A DNA stretch of 62,399 bases, counting the filler, from Candidatus Zhuqueibacterota bacterium (GTDB lineage Bacteria; BS750m-G25): the NCBI GenBank assembly GCA_016783505.1. It is 3 parts of 3 records of this genome, joined end to end, with 100 filler letters (N's around TTAATTAATTAA, not from the genome) between each part and the next. Parts side by side here need not be neighbours in the genome. Positions count along the whole stretch, not along the records: positions 1 to 28,557 come from JADHWK010000032.1; positions 28,658 to 56,733 come from JADHWK010000033.1; 1 more part is not named here. One strand, given 5' to 3'. This document shows, piece after piece, positions 19,815 through 28,820 of the stretch; position 1 is the first letter of the stretch, and every line of letters begins with the position of its first letter. The notes under the pieces were generated by a model. The model saw only the letters and a program-made list of their open reading frames with translations, was not told the DNA's origin and ran no database searches. A program made the translations under genes and the position numbers.

Positions 19815-21500
19815 GTGGCCCGGGGGGAGATCGAGGCGGATCTGGTGTTGAAGAACGGGCAGATCGTCAACGTCTTTTCCGGAGAGGTCTATACCGGGGA
19901 CGTGGCCATCTACCACACCCGGATCGTGGGAATAGGGGGCTATCGGGCCAAGAAGGTGATTGACGTAGAGGGAGAGTTCATCGCCCCGGGTTTCATTGAC
20001 GGCCACGTCCACATCGAATCGGCTATGGTGCGGCTGTCCGAATTCGCCCGGGCGGTGGTTCCCCTGGGAACGACCACGGTGGTTATTGACCCCCATGAGA
20101 TCGCCAACGTGCTGGGAATGGACGGCATCCGCTACATGCTGGAATCGGCCAAATACCTGCCCCTCTCCGTCTACATCATGCTCTCCTCTTGCGTTCCCAC
20201 TACCCACATGGAGACCACCGGTGCTCATCTCTCCGGGGAGGACCTCTCCCCCTTCCTTAATCTAAAGTGGGTACTGGGGTTGGGGGAGGTGATGAACTTC
20301 CCCGGGGTCATCGGTAGGGATCAAGGGGTTCTGGATAAGATCAGGATGGCCGGGGAGAGGCGGATTGACGGCCACGCCCCTGGCCTGTCAGGGAAGGACC
20401 TGGTGGCCTACGTGGCCGCCGGTGTGCGGTCAGACCATGAATCTACCACCGCCCAAGAGGCCAGGGAAAAGCTGAGGGCCGGGATGTATGTGATGCTCCG
20501 GGAAGGAACCACCGCCCGCAATTTAGACGCCCTTTTGCCCTTGGTGAACTCCGATAACGTCTCCCGCCTTATCTTCTGCACCGACGACCGCCATCCCCTG
20601 GACCTGTTGACCGAAGGCCACATCAACTCGATGATTAAGCGGGCTATCGAGAAGGGGATTGACCCCATCACCGCCATCAAGATGGCCACCATTAATCCGA
20701 CCGAATACTTTGGTATTAACGACATTGGGGCCATCATTCCCGGCTACCGGGCCGATCTGGTGACCTTCGATAATTTTGAGAATCTCCGCATCAACCGGGT
20801 GATAAAGGGGGGGAAAGTGGTGGCTGAGGGAGGACAACTCCTGCCCCTTGAAAAATCCCCCCCCCAGGTTCACATCCGCAGTTCCATTAACGTACACTGG
20901 ATGGAGCTTAAGGACTTTTCCATCCTCGCCGAAGATGAAAGGGTTAAGATCATCAACATTATACCCAATCAATTAACCTCACAGAAGTTAATAGAGAGGC
21001 CTAAAGTGGTAGCCGGTCAGGTGGTCTCGGATACCGACCGGGATATTTTAAAGGCGGCGGTGGTCGAGAGGCATCTAGCTTCGGGGAACGTGGGCAAGGG
21101 GTTTGTGAAGGGATTCGGTCTGAAGAGGGGGGCGATCGCCTCATCGGTGGCCCACGATTCCCATAACATCGTGGTCGTCGGAGTGACCGATGACGATATG
21201 CTGAGGGCCGTTATCGAGATCATTAAGCTGCGGGGGGGAATGGTGACGGTGGTTGATGGAAAGGTTAAAGCCTCGTTGGCCTTGCCCATTGCCGGGCTGA
21301 TGTCCGAGGAGCCCCTCGAGGAAGTCAGTAGTAAGCTGGAGGAGCTGAGAAAGGCGGCGGGGGAGTTGGGTTGCACCCTGAAAGACCCCTTCATGCAGCT
21401 CAGTTTCTTGGCCCTCACCGTCATTCCCGAACTGCGGCTGACGGATAAGGGACTGGTAGATGTGAAGCAATTCAAGCTCGTCCCCCTGTTTGGGGAGTAA
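19815..21500 (+). CDS. ade: Adenine deaminase
   Basis: Motifs PGFIDGHVHIES, DPHEIAN, DGHAP, SDHE, CTDD and VAHDSHN. The true start may lie about 24 nt upstream. Confidence 0.95.
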   Translation: MARGEIEADLVLKNGQIVNVFSGEVYTGDVAIYHTRIVGIGGYRAKKVIDVEGEFIAPGFIDGHVHIESAMVRLSEFARAVVPLGTTTVVIDPHEIANVLGMDGIRYMLESAKYLPLSVYIMLSSCVPTTHMETTGAHLSGEDLSPFLNLKWVLGLGEVMNFPGVIGRDQGVLDKIRMAGERRIDGHAPGLSGKDLVAYVAAGVRSDHESTTAQEAREKLRAGMYVMLREGTTARNLDALLPLVNSDNVSRLIFCTDDRHPLDLLTEGHINSMIKRAIEKGIDPITAIKMATINPTEYFGINDIGAIIPGYRADLVTFDNFENLRINRVIKGGKVVAEGGQLLPLEKSPPQVHIRSSINVHWMELKDFSILAEDERVKIINIIPNQLTSQKLIERPKVVAGQVVSDTDRDILKAAVVERHLASGNVGKGFVKGFGLKRGAIASSVAHDSHNIVVVGVTDDDMLRAVIEIIKLRGGMVTVVDGKVKASLALPIAGLMSEEPLEEVSSKLEELRKAAGELGCTLKDPFMQLSFLALTVIPELRLTDKGLVDVKQFKLVPLFGE

Positions 21501-21577
21501 ATAATTGGTAAACAAAAACTTCTAAATGAAAGAAATTTTCGATTATATGTGGCGCCCGTAGGGCGTTTTCCGAACAG

Positions 21578-21937
21578 ATGGAGATTGTGAATCGTGGTAA
21601 GGTGGGGGTTTTTAAAACTAAAGATACGGCGGAGATCCGGGAGATACTGGCCCCACGGAATTCAGCTATCAAAAACCAGAGCTTAGCAGAGGCTACCCTC
21701 ATCCCTGGTCAGTGTACCGTAGAACACCTTCATCTGGGGACCGAAGAGATCTATTACATCCTCAAGGGCAGGGGTAGGATTTTTATTGACGGGGAAGAGG
21801 CCTTGGTGGGGAAGGGGGATGGGATCGCCATTCCGTCAAGGAAAAAGCACCTGATTGCCAATATTGGCAAGGGGAATCTGGTCTTCCTGTGCTGTTGTAG
21901 CCCGGCCTATACCCACGAAGATACAGTACTTATATAA
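21578..21937 (+). CDS. Cupin domain protein
   Basis: Two-motif cupin: HLH..TEEIYYILKG and IPSRKKH. Confidence 0.88.
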   Translation: MEIVNRGKVGVFKTKDTAEIREILAPRNSAIKNQSLAEATLIPGQCTVEHLHLGTEEIYYILKGRGRIFIDGEEALVGKGDGIAIPSRKKHLIANIGKGNLVFLCCCSPAYTHEDTVLI

Positions 21938-22082
21938 AAATGGTGGTGAAAAAAGTATATGCGTTGTTTTTGTCCAGGGAAATGATACTTATCGCGTTTG
22001 ATTCTTCCCGGATTTTTAGGGGGGTAATCAAATATTCGATAGCTGTACTTAAAGGTCTTAAAAGTTGTTTCTTCATTAATGA

Positions 22083-22188
22083 AACAAGGTTTTATGATTC
22101 TGATATAAAAAACAATATGGAAGGTGTGGTAGCAGTTATTAGGGAATGGATTGAGGGGGAGGAAAAAGAAAGAGGTATAATGCCTTAA
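22083..22188 (+). pseudogene. DUF559 (Vsr-like endonuclease) C-terminal remnant
   Basis: RFYDSDIKNNMEGVVAVIREWIE resembles DUF559 C-termini. The N-terminal catalytic part is not recognisable. Confidence 0.5.
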
Positions 22189-22210
22189 TAGCATCCAGTA
22201 TGTTTTAAAA

Positions 22211-22242
22211 CCCCCCTAAATCCCCCCTTAATATGGGGGACT
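22211..22242. repeat. C-rich REP-like palindrome (CCCCCTAAATCCCCCTT-N-GGGGGACT family)
   Basis: Near-identical copy at 58754-58786; related copies at 58679-58715 and 47571-47595. Confidence 0.65.
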
Positions 22243-22422
22243 TGTAAAGAGGATGAAGTATAAACTTTGTGGTAATCATCCCTTCATAGGGGAAAAGGAA
22301 TTATTTTAGATTTAGACAAGCGAAAAAAAATGATCGGCATAGAAGTTCTTTATGTTGGGGAGAGAATCTCGCCAAAGGAGCTATCCCAGATCAGCCTGAA
22401 AAACTTAGCGTTTGGGTAAAGC

Positions 22423-23559
22423 ATGTCTTGCAACAGACTTTTTCTACTGAAAATCATTTTCTTGTATTTTGTATTTGCCTGTCTTAGCTTTGCCGGTGTG
22501 CCGGAGGGAAGCACCCCCGAGGAGATCGAACTGGGTCGGCAGGCCCAGGCGGAGATCGAGCGGATGGTTAGGCTGGTGGATGATCCCCAGACCCTGGCCA
22601 AGTTAAGTAAGATGTGCGCCGATATTGCGGCGGTTACCGAGCGCCCTAAAGTTCAATATACCCCTAAGATCATCGGCAGCGCCGAGATGAACGCCTTCAT
22701 CATTCCCGGGGGGACCATTTATGTGACTACCAGATTTCTCCAGGAATTGCAGTCAGACGATGAGCTGGCCGGGGTGCTATGCCATGAGATCGCCCACAAT
22801 ACCTGCCAGCATGCCATCAAGCGGATGAAAAAGGGATCGGGGCTGGTGACGGCGGTTAACTTACTTTCCCTGGCGGCCATTATTCTTGGTAAGGGAAGCG
22901 AAGTCAGTCAATTTGCTACCCTTACCGCCAGTGCTATCACCACCGCCGTTATCAACGGCTACACCATTGAGGATGAAAAGGAGGCCGATGAGGTGGGATT
23001 GGGCTATATGTTGAAAACCCAGTACAATCCAGCCGGTTTTATGACATTTATGGAAAGGCTGGCCAGTGGTTCTTCCAAATACATCGAGGAGGAAATAGGC
23101 TATTACCGGACTCATCCCTTCAGCAAGGACCGGGTGAGGGCGACCCTGAAGCGACTGGAATCTGCGGGGGTTCCCATCCATCGCCGGCTGGTGACCAAAG
23201 CCCCTGAGCCCCAAGTGAAGAGAAAGCTCATCTCTGGTAACTGGTATTCAGCCGTCGTCTACGAAAAGAGGGAGATCGTCGTTCTCGCCGATGATCATAA
23301 TAAACGGGCCCAACAGATCGCCGATGCCCTCGACTGGATATTGGATTACGACATCCCCGAGGACAGCATCAGGGTAGAATCAGGGAGGGACAGGGTAAAA
23401 CTCTATGTGAAAGATGGTGCTGAGTTCTGGTTGACCGCAATGGATGCCCAGATTAATGGATTGTCCCTGAACGATTTAGCCAAGCAGGTGAAAGCCAGGA
23501 TTGGCGAGACCGTTAGGGCGGAGCAACTGCGGATTAAATTGATATATCTCCTTTTTTAG
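22423..23559 (+). CDS. M48 family metalloprotease, exported
   Basis: Motifs NAFIIPGG, LCHEIAH, EKEADEVG and THP, plus a signal peptide. Confidence 0.88.
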   Translation: MSCNRLFLLKIIFLYFVFACLSFAGVPEGSTPEEIELGRQAQAEIERMVRLVDDPQTLAKLSKMCADIAAVTERPKVQYTPKIIGSAEMNAFIIPGGTIYVTTRFLQELQSDDELAGVLCHEIAHNTCQHAIKRMKKGSGLVTAVNLLSLAAIILGKGSEVSQFATLTASAITTAVINGYTIEDEKEADEVGLGYMLKTQYNPAGFMTFMERLASGSSKYIEEEIGYYRTHPFSKDRVRATLKRLESAGVPIHRRLVTKAPEPQVKRKLISGNWYSAVVYEKREIVVLADDHNKRAQQIADALDWILDYDIPEDSIRVESGRDRVKLYVKDGAEFWLTAMDAQINGLSLNDLAKQVKARIGETVRAEQLRIKLIYLLF

Positions 23560-23655
23560 TAGAAGGAGTGAACCCATATCTTAATAATCAGGTAGCAGAA
23601 ATTAAATTCGTAATTTGGTGCTTTTAGTAAGTTAGTTTAACCAAAGGGAGGGAAC

Positions 23656-24078
23656 ATGAACGTGAAGAAATTCTGGCTGGTTTGTCTGGTGGTATACCTA
23701 TGGAATGTAGTAGCTAATATTATCGTGCACATAGGTATTCTGGGAAAGGCCTACGATAACATCCCCGATTTGGTGAGGGCATCCGGGGGTCCTATATGGC
23801 TCAACTTCATTGCCCCCATCTTCTTCGCGATTTTGTTCTGCTACATCTTCACCAAAGGCTATGAGAACCGGGGCGTGGGCGAAGGATTCCGGTACGGGCT
23901 GTTGATGGGGCTCATCCTGTGTCTGCCCAAGCTGTGCTATGATATGGCCAATCATTTCTATCCAGCTGGTGTGGTATGGTCCTGGTTCTTCTTCAATCTG
24001 GTGATTGCTATCATCGCCGGGATTTTGGTGGCAGCTTTGTATAAACCAGCAACTGCCGAAGCTCCTACGACGGAGTAG
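23656..24078 (+). CDS. Four-TM membrane protein (DUF1761-like)
   Basis: Four hydrophobic helices, GFRYGLLMG and SD GGGAGG. Confidence 0.65.
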   Translation: MNVKKFWLVCLVVYLWNVVANIIVHIGILGKAYDNIPDLVRASGGPIWLNFIAPIFFAILFCYIFTKGYENRGVGEGFRYGLLMGLILCLPKLCYDMANHFYPAGVVWSWFFFNLVIAIIAGILVAALYKPATAEAPTTE

Positions 24079-24120
24079 GATTTAAGTTAATAGCACTGAT
24101 CTGAAAACGCTTTGTTATAG

Positions 24121-24149
24121 ACCCCTCATCCCCAGGGGTGAGGGGTTTT
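24121..24149 (+). terminator. Intrinsic terminator
   Basis: ACCCCTCATCCC-CAG-GGGTGAGGGGT followed by TTT. Confidence 0.65.
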
Positions 24150-24203
24150 GCGTCTCTCATTTAAACAAAATTAGTAAAAGTGTAATATTAACCTTAGGGG
24201 TTT

Positions 24204-24305
24204 ATAAACCCGTCCATACGGATCCGTCTGGATAAACGGGTAACTCCGCTTCAATAAAACGGAGTTACCGCTTCAGCGGTTTATAAACCTGTAAACAGGT
24301 AACTC
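24204..24305. repeat. REP-like cluster (GGAGTTACC-hairpin-GGTTTAT family), three copies in alternating orientation
   Basis: 24204-24247 (-), 24261-24284 (+) and 24283-24305 (-). Confidence 0.65.
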
Positions 24306-24419
24306 TGGTAGGAATCTATTCTGGGTTAACCCTTCAAAAGAGAATGTAATTAGGAAAGAGATTCGGGTGGGAAGAATTATTGGGGGGGGATCTATTAATC
24401 TACAATTCCACTGCAAATA

Positions 24420-25670
24420 TCAGAGTGCTGGTATCTCTTCTAAGAATTCAGAAATGTCCAGGGTTTTTGATTCTGACTCCAATGTCTCCAGAACTTCGTT
24501 TAAATTGAAATGTGAAAGTCTTTCTCTAATATCTTCTCCAACTGTCTTGGATAACAAACTAATGTAATCCTCATTGGTGGCGTTTTCAATTTTCACCGCC
24601 TCTGTGAAAAACTCTGCAATCTTTTTCTTCCCGTATTTATTTGATAAATCTATCCAGAAATATTGGGATAAAGGATATCCAAATAAATCAGCATCTGAAT
24701 ACACCTTTCTCAAAGAGGGAAGCCCCCATTGGGTTAAATCGAAGACTATTTCCTCGTCTCCTTTCTTTAATTTCTTTCGGATGTATTGGGAATATCCTGA
24801 AAAATTGTTTTTGAGCCGGCTTCGTATGGAAAGGCTGTCTCTTTGGGCGGGGGAAAGACTTTTGGCAAACTCCAGTTTACTTAGTTCGGAGAGACCATCT
24901 TGAAACCATCGAATATTTTTGTCTTTGGTGCTCAGGGATAGAAAGATGAGATGCTCTGTCCATTCATGGATGTTGACTAATAAAATGTCTGAGAGTTCTG
25001 TATCTGAAACGGAGAAGGCCCACAAATGATATTCGTCTCCATTCTCAAAAAAAACGGGTTCGTAAAAGTGTATTGGTTCATTAAGATTGCTGAGAACAAC
25101 GCCCCACAACGGGGGGTCTGATCCGGTCAATTCCCTGATGACGGTGTGCTGTCTTAATAGACAATCCAAAACTAAGGATGCAAGTTCTGCATATTCTTCA
25201 TCGTAAAAAACCAGTGCTTCTTTATTCCGCAGGAGCTTTTTGAACTGTAGCTCAACGATGTTGGGCGGCTTTTTGCTGCTTCTATCACCGCTGCCTGTAA
25301 ACCAGAAATATATTTTATTGTCTGGATTAACCGACTTAAAAAAAGATTTTTTGTTGAGAATGTTCCGATTCAGGACTATTCTAACCTTTCCTTGTTCATT
25401 GGAATTTAAAGAAGTAATCTTTGATGGGGTGAAGAGCATTACCTCAGCGTCAGGAACAGGCGATTTTGTGGAATCTAAAACATAGAAAACGAAGGGTGAG
25501 TTTTCTAATTGCTTAACATTTCTAAAGAATCCGAATTTTGTAAGCCCTTGGGCGATTTCATGCCCATATAATCTGTCTCTCTTTACTTTTTCATGCCTTA
25601 AATGAAACGGAACACAGTGTAGGATGAGAAGCAGAATGATGATGGGAGGAAATAAATTTCTGATTTTCAT
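24420..25670 (-). CDS. Exported/lipoprotein gluzincin-like metallopeptidase
   Basis: Signal peptide ending ILHC. IHEWTEH followed by WFQDGLSEL resembles a HExxH...WxxEG variant. Confidence 0.6.
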   Translation of the reverse strand: MKIRNLFPPIIILLLILHCVPFHLRHEKVKRDRLYGHEIAQGLTKFGFFRNVKQLENSPFVFYVLDSTKSPVPDAEVMLFTPSKITSLNSNEQGKVRIVLNRNILNKKSFFKSVNPDNKIYFWFTGSGDRSSKKPPNIVELQFKKLLRNKEALVFYDEEYAELASLVLDCLLRQHTVIRELTGSDPPLWGVVLSNLNEPIHFYEPVFFENGDEYHLWAFSVSDTELSDILLVNIHEWTEHLIFLSLSTKDKNIRWFQDGLSELSKLEFAKSLSPAQRDSLSIRSRLKNNFSGYSQYIRKKLKKGDEEIVFDLTQWGLPSLRKVYSDADLFGYPLSQYFWIDLSNKYGKKKIAEFFTEAVKIENATNEDYISLLSKTVGEDIRERLSHFNLNEVLETLESESKTLDISEFLEEIPAL

Positions 25671-25702
25671 TTTAAATTTTTTTTCACATAGACAGAGGAT
25701 AA

Positions 25703-25749
25703 TAAGCCGCTAAGCCCCGCAGGCTGATGCCCCAGAGACTTAGCGGCTT
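25703..25749 (-). promoter_or_regulatory. Intergenic stem-loop between the small ORF and the peptidase
   Basis: Perfect 11-bp stem AAGCCGCTAAG / CTTAGCGGCTT. Confidence 0.6.
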
Positions 25750-25770
25750 GACATGAATCCCCGATACTCC

Positions 25771-26139
25771 TTACCCCGCTGGAAAAGTAATGGTTACCGT
25801 TTTCTTAGTGTAATAACCAGTTTGTTCGGTCCATCCAGTTTCAAATTGTTGACTGGTCCAACAACTTTTTTCAACACCTCCATCCTCAATATAGGAAATT
25901 TTCAATTCCCAATCGTTCTCAAGCGCTAAGTAAATACCCGTACCCAGTTCTTTCAACACTGCATCTTTCATCTCATCCAGACCCTTCTCTTGATCGGATG
26001 TAAAAGAAAAATGATTTTTTACATAATTTCTAAGATCTGATTTACATCCATCAATTGCTTCTTGCTTTTTCTGCGGGTCGGCTTTGATTTCGGAAAGATG
26101 TTGTTGGATATTTTCATTGTTTAATTTTGGTAAAGCCAT
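25771..26139 (-). CDS. 122-aa hypothetical protein, candidate peptide precursor
   Basis: SD AAGGAG. Helical acidic N-terminal region followed by a Thr/aromatic-rich beta-hairpin-like C-terminus. Confidence 0.65.
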   Translation of the reverse strand: MALPKLNNENIQQHLSEIKADPQKKQEAIDGCKSDLRNYVKNHFSFTSDQEKGLDEMKDAVLKELGTGIYLALENDWELKISYIEDGGVEKSCWTSQQFETGWTEQTGYYTKKTVTITFPAG

Positions 26140-26407
26140 TTTTGCTCCTTTCTATTCTATTTATTGTTATATTTTGTAGTTATTTTACAGATACATCTTT
26201 ATTTTATTGATACAATAGTTTATGTAAAACCGGAGAACAAATCATTAAGCTCATAGGCTGATAATCGACTATTTTTTTCAATTATAAGGTGTTTTAGCAC
26301 TTTTTTCCTATTATTCCTTTATTAATTAATATACAAAACAAAAATGGAAATATCAAGTATTTTTCTGAATAATTTCCATTTTCATAATTTTTTAATAGGG
26401 AGATATC

Positions 26408-28429
26408 ATGAAACGCCTAATTTTTATTCTAACATTGTTTTCAACCTTTCTTGCGTTCTCCGCCGAAAAACACGCTATTACCTTTGATGACCTGTTTGGG
26501 ATGAAGCGGGTTTCTGACCCACAGCTTTCCCCGGATGGCAAATGGGCGGCCTTTGTGGTGACTGAGTATGACATCGAGGAGAACAAGGGGAACTCAGACA
26601 TCTGGCTGGTTTCCCTCCGGGGCAGGACCCCGAGGAAGCTCACTAATTCTGCCGAGGCAGATAAAGGCCCGGTCTGGTCGCCGGATTCTAAAAAGATAGC
26701 CTTCACCTCCTCCCGGTCCGGAGAATCCCAGATATGGGTCATCCCGGTGGACGGGGGGGAGGCCAAACCCCTGACTGCACTGTCAACCGGCGCCCGGGAC
26801 CCGATCTGGTCCCCGGACGGGAAATGGATCGCCTTTACCTCCGATGTTTATCCCGATCTAAAGAACGATGAGGAGAATAAAATACGGGACGAGGAGAAAG
26901 AAAACTCCAAGGTCAAGGCCAAGGTCATTGACCGGCTGCTTTTCCGCCACTGGAACCGGTGGACAGATGAGAAGCGGAGCCATCTATTCATCATCCCAGC
27001 GAAAGGTGGAGGGGCCCGGGATTTAACCCCCGGTGACTACGACACCCCGCCTCTCTCGTTGGGCTCGGGACATGATTACGTTTTCTCACCTGATAGTAAA
27101 GAGATATGCTATGTCAAGAACACCGACCCCATGGTGGCCATTTCTACCAATAATGATCTGTTCATTCAATCGGTTGAAGTAGGGGAATCTAAACGGATTA
27201 CCATATCTCAGGCGAATGACAATTACCCCCGGTATTCTCCCGATAGTCGCTATATCGCCTACCGGGGGATGAAGAGGCCGGGGTTTGAGGCTGACCGCTA
27301 CCGGCTGATACTGTACGATCGGAAAACGGGGAAGCAGAAATCCTTAACTGAAGATTTTGACTACACCATTCGGGATTTCGTCTGGTCGCCCAATTCACGG
27401 TGGCTGTACTTCACTGTGCCCGACCGGGGCTTTTATTCTGTCTGCAGGATAGCGGTGAAGGGCGGAAAGGTGTCCAAATTGATCACCAGAAGTTACAACC
27501 GCGATCTCCAGGTAACACCGGACGGGAAGACATTTCTCTTCCTTCATCAGGCCGTCAATCACCCCTTTGATCTTTATACCTCTCGGTCGGACGGGAAAAA
27601 AGTTAAACAATTGACCGATATGAACGGGGAAATGCTGACCCAGTTAGAAATGAATCCTCTGGATGAATTCTGGTTCATCGGTGCCGGTAGGGATTCCGTC
27701 CACGGATTGATGTTGAAACCCCCCTTCTTTGACCCGAAGGAAAAATATCCGCTGGTCTATTTAATCCACGGGGGTCCCCAGGGGGCGTGGGAGGACGAGT
27801 TCCACTATCGCTGGAACGCCCAGATGTTTGCCTCCCCGGGATACGTGGTGGCTATGGTGAACTTCCACGCCAGTCCGGGCTACGGCCAGGCCTTCACCGA
27901 CGCCGTCTCCGGTGACTGGGGTGGGTCGCCCTACATAGACCTGATGAAGGGTTTGGATTACATTACTACTCATTACGATTTTATTGATACAACCCGGCTG
28001 GCGGCCGCCGGGGCCTCCTACGGGGGGTATATGATCAACTGGATCGCCGGGCACAGCTATAGGTTCCGCTGCCTCATCAGTCACGACGGGGTCTACGATC
28101 TGACCAGCAAGTACGGGGCCACCGAGGAGCTGTGGTTTCCCGAATGGGAGTTTCGGGGCACCCCGTGGACTAACCCGGAGATGTACCGGAAATGGTCGCC
28201 ATCTACTTATGCAGCCAACTTCAAAACCCCTATGTTGGTGATCCATGGACAGAACGACTTTCGGGTTCCGGTGACCCAGGGGTTTCAATGTTTCACCGCC
28301 TTGCAGCGTCAAGGAGTGCAGGCCAAATTGCTTTATTTTCCCGATGAGGACCACTTCGTCAGTAAGCCCCAGAACGCCCGGCTGTGGTGGCAGACGGTAC
28401 ACGGGTGGCTGGCTGAATGGTTGAAATGA
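26408..28429 (+). CDS. S9 family (prolyl oligopeptidase/acylaminoacyl) peptidase
   Basis: PD40-like WSPDG repeats, IHGGPQ, GASYGG, DFRV and EDH, plus a signal peptide. Confidence 0.93.
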   Translation: MKRLIFILTLFSTFLAFSAEKHAITFDDLFGMKRVSDPQLSPDGKWAAFVVTEYDIEENKGNSDIWLVSLRGRTPRKLTNSAEADKGPVWSPDSKKIAFTSSRSGESQIWVIPVDGGEAKPLTALSTGARDPIWSPDGKWIAFTSDVYPDLKNDEENKIRDEEKENSKVKAKVIDRLLFRHWNRWTDEKRSHLFIIPAKGGGARDLTPGDYDTPPLSLGSGHDYVFSPDSKEICYVKNTDPMVAISTNNDLFIQSVEVGESKRITISQANDNYPRYSPDSRYIAYRGMKRPGFEADRYRLILYDRKTGKQKSLTEDFDYTIRDFVWSPNSRWLYFTVPDRGFYSVCRIAVKGGKVSKLITRSYNRDLQVTPDGKTFLFLHQAVNHPFDLYTSRSDGKKVKQLTDMNGEMLTQLEMNPLDEFWFIGAGRDSVHGLMLKPPFFDPKEKYPLVYLIHGGPQGAWEDEFHYRWNAQMFASPGYVVAMVNFHASPGYGQAFTDAVSGDWGGSPYIDLMKGLDYITTHYDFIDTTRLAAAGASYGGYMINWIAGHSYRFRCLISHDGVYDLTSKYGATEELWFPEWEFRGTPWTNPEMYRKWSPSTYAANFKTPMLVIHGQNDFRVPVTQGFQCFTALQRQGVQAKLLYFPDEDHFVSKPQNARLWWQTVHGWLAEWLK

Positions 28430-28489
28430 AATTGTAGGTCCGAAATGTCCCGAACCTTCGGAACTTACGGACAATTCGAAGTGTTGTCT

Positions 28490-28557
28490 ATGAAAAAAAA
28501 AGTTGGCAAATCGGTCCTTGAGCTGGTGAAGGGTGACATCACCGAGATGGATACGGA
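28490..28557 (+). CDS. Macro domain protein, N-terminal fragment (truncated by gap)
   Basis: MKKKVGKSVLELVKGDITEMDT carries the GDIT macro-domain motif. Confidence 0.7.
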
Positions 28558-28657
28558 NNNNNNNNNNNNNNNNNNNNNNNNNNNNNNNNNNNNNNNNNNN
28601 NTTAATTAATTAANNNNNNNNNNNNNNNNNNNNNNNNNNNNNNNNNNNNNNNNNNNN
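28558..28657. other. Assembly gap with artificial linker
   Basis: N-run containing TTAATTAATTAA, which places stops in all six frames. Confidence 0.95.
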
Positions 28658-28658
28658 G

Positions 28659-28820
28659 GATGTCTCCTTGCTCCCCTATAATCCTATGGGGATGGAGATG
28701 GCTGTGAGCCTCGGAAAGCCAAAGTCACCTCTTCCGGAGGGCTTCATGAAACATGTGGAAGAAAAAGAGATCCATGCCATGTTCAAAACTTTAATTGATT
28801 ATAAGGAGAGACTAGCATGA
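28659..28820 (+). CDS. Glycyl-radical enzyme activase-like radical SAM protein, C-terminal fragment
   Basis: DVSLLPYNPMG...* resembles the LLPYHxxG motif. ATGA overlap with the next gene. Confidence 0.6.
   Translation, partial: DVSLLPYNPMGMEMAVSLGKPKSPLPEGFMKHVEEKEIHAMFKTLIDYKERLA

Noticed and set aside
24089-24115. TAGCACT as a CIRCE element (also near 26295)
   Set aside because: Only a half-site; there is no GAGTGCTAA arm at 9-nt spacing and it is not upstream of chaperone genes.
28558-28657. TTAATTAATTAA palindrome inside N-runs (also at 56734-56833)
   Set aside because: Artificial contig linker, so no biological linkage was inferred across either gap.
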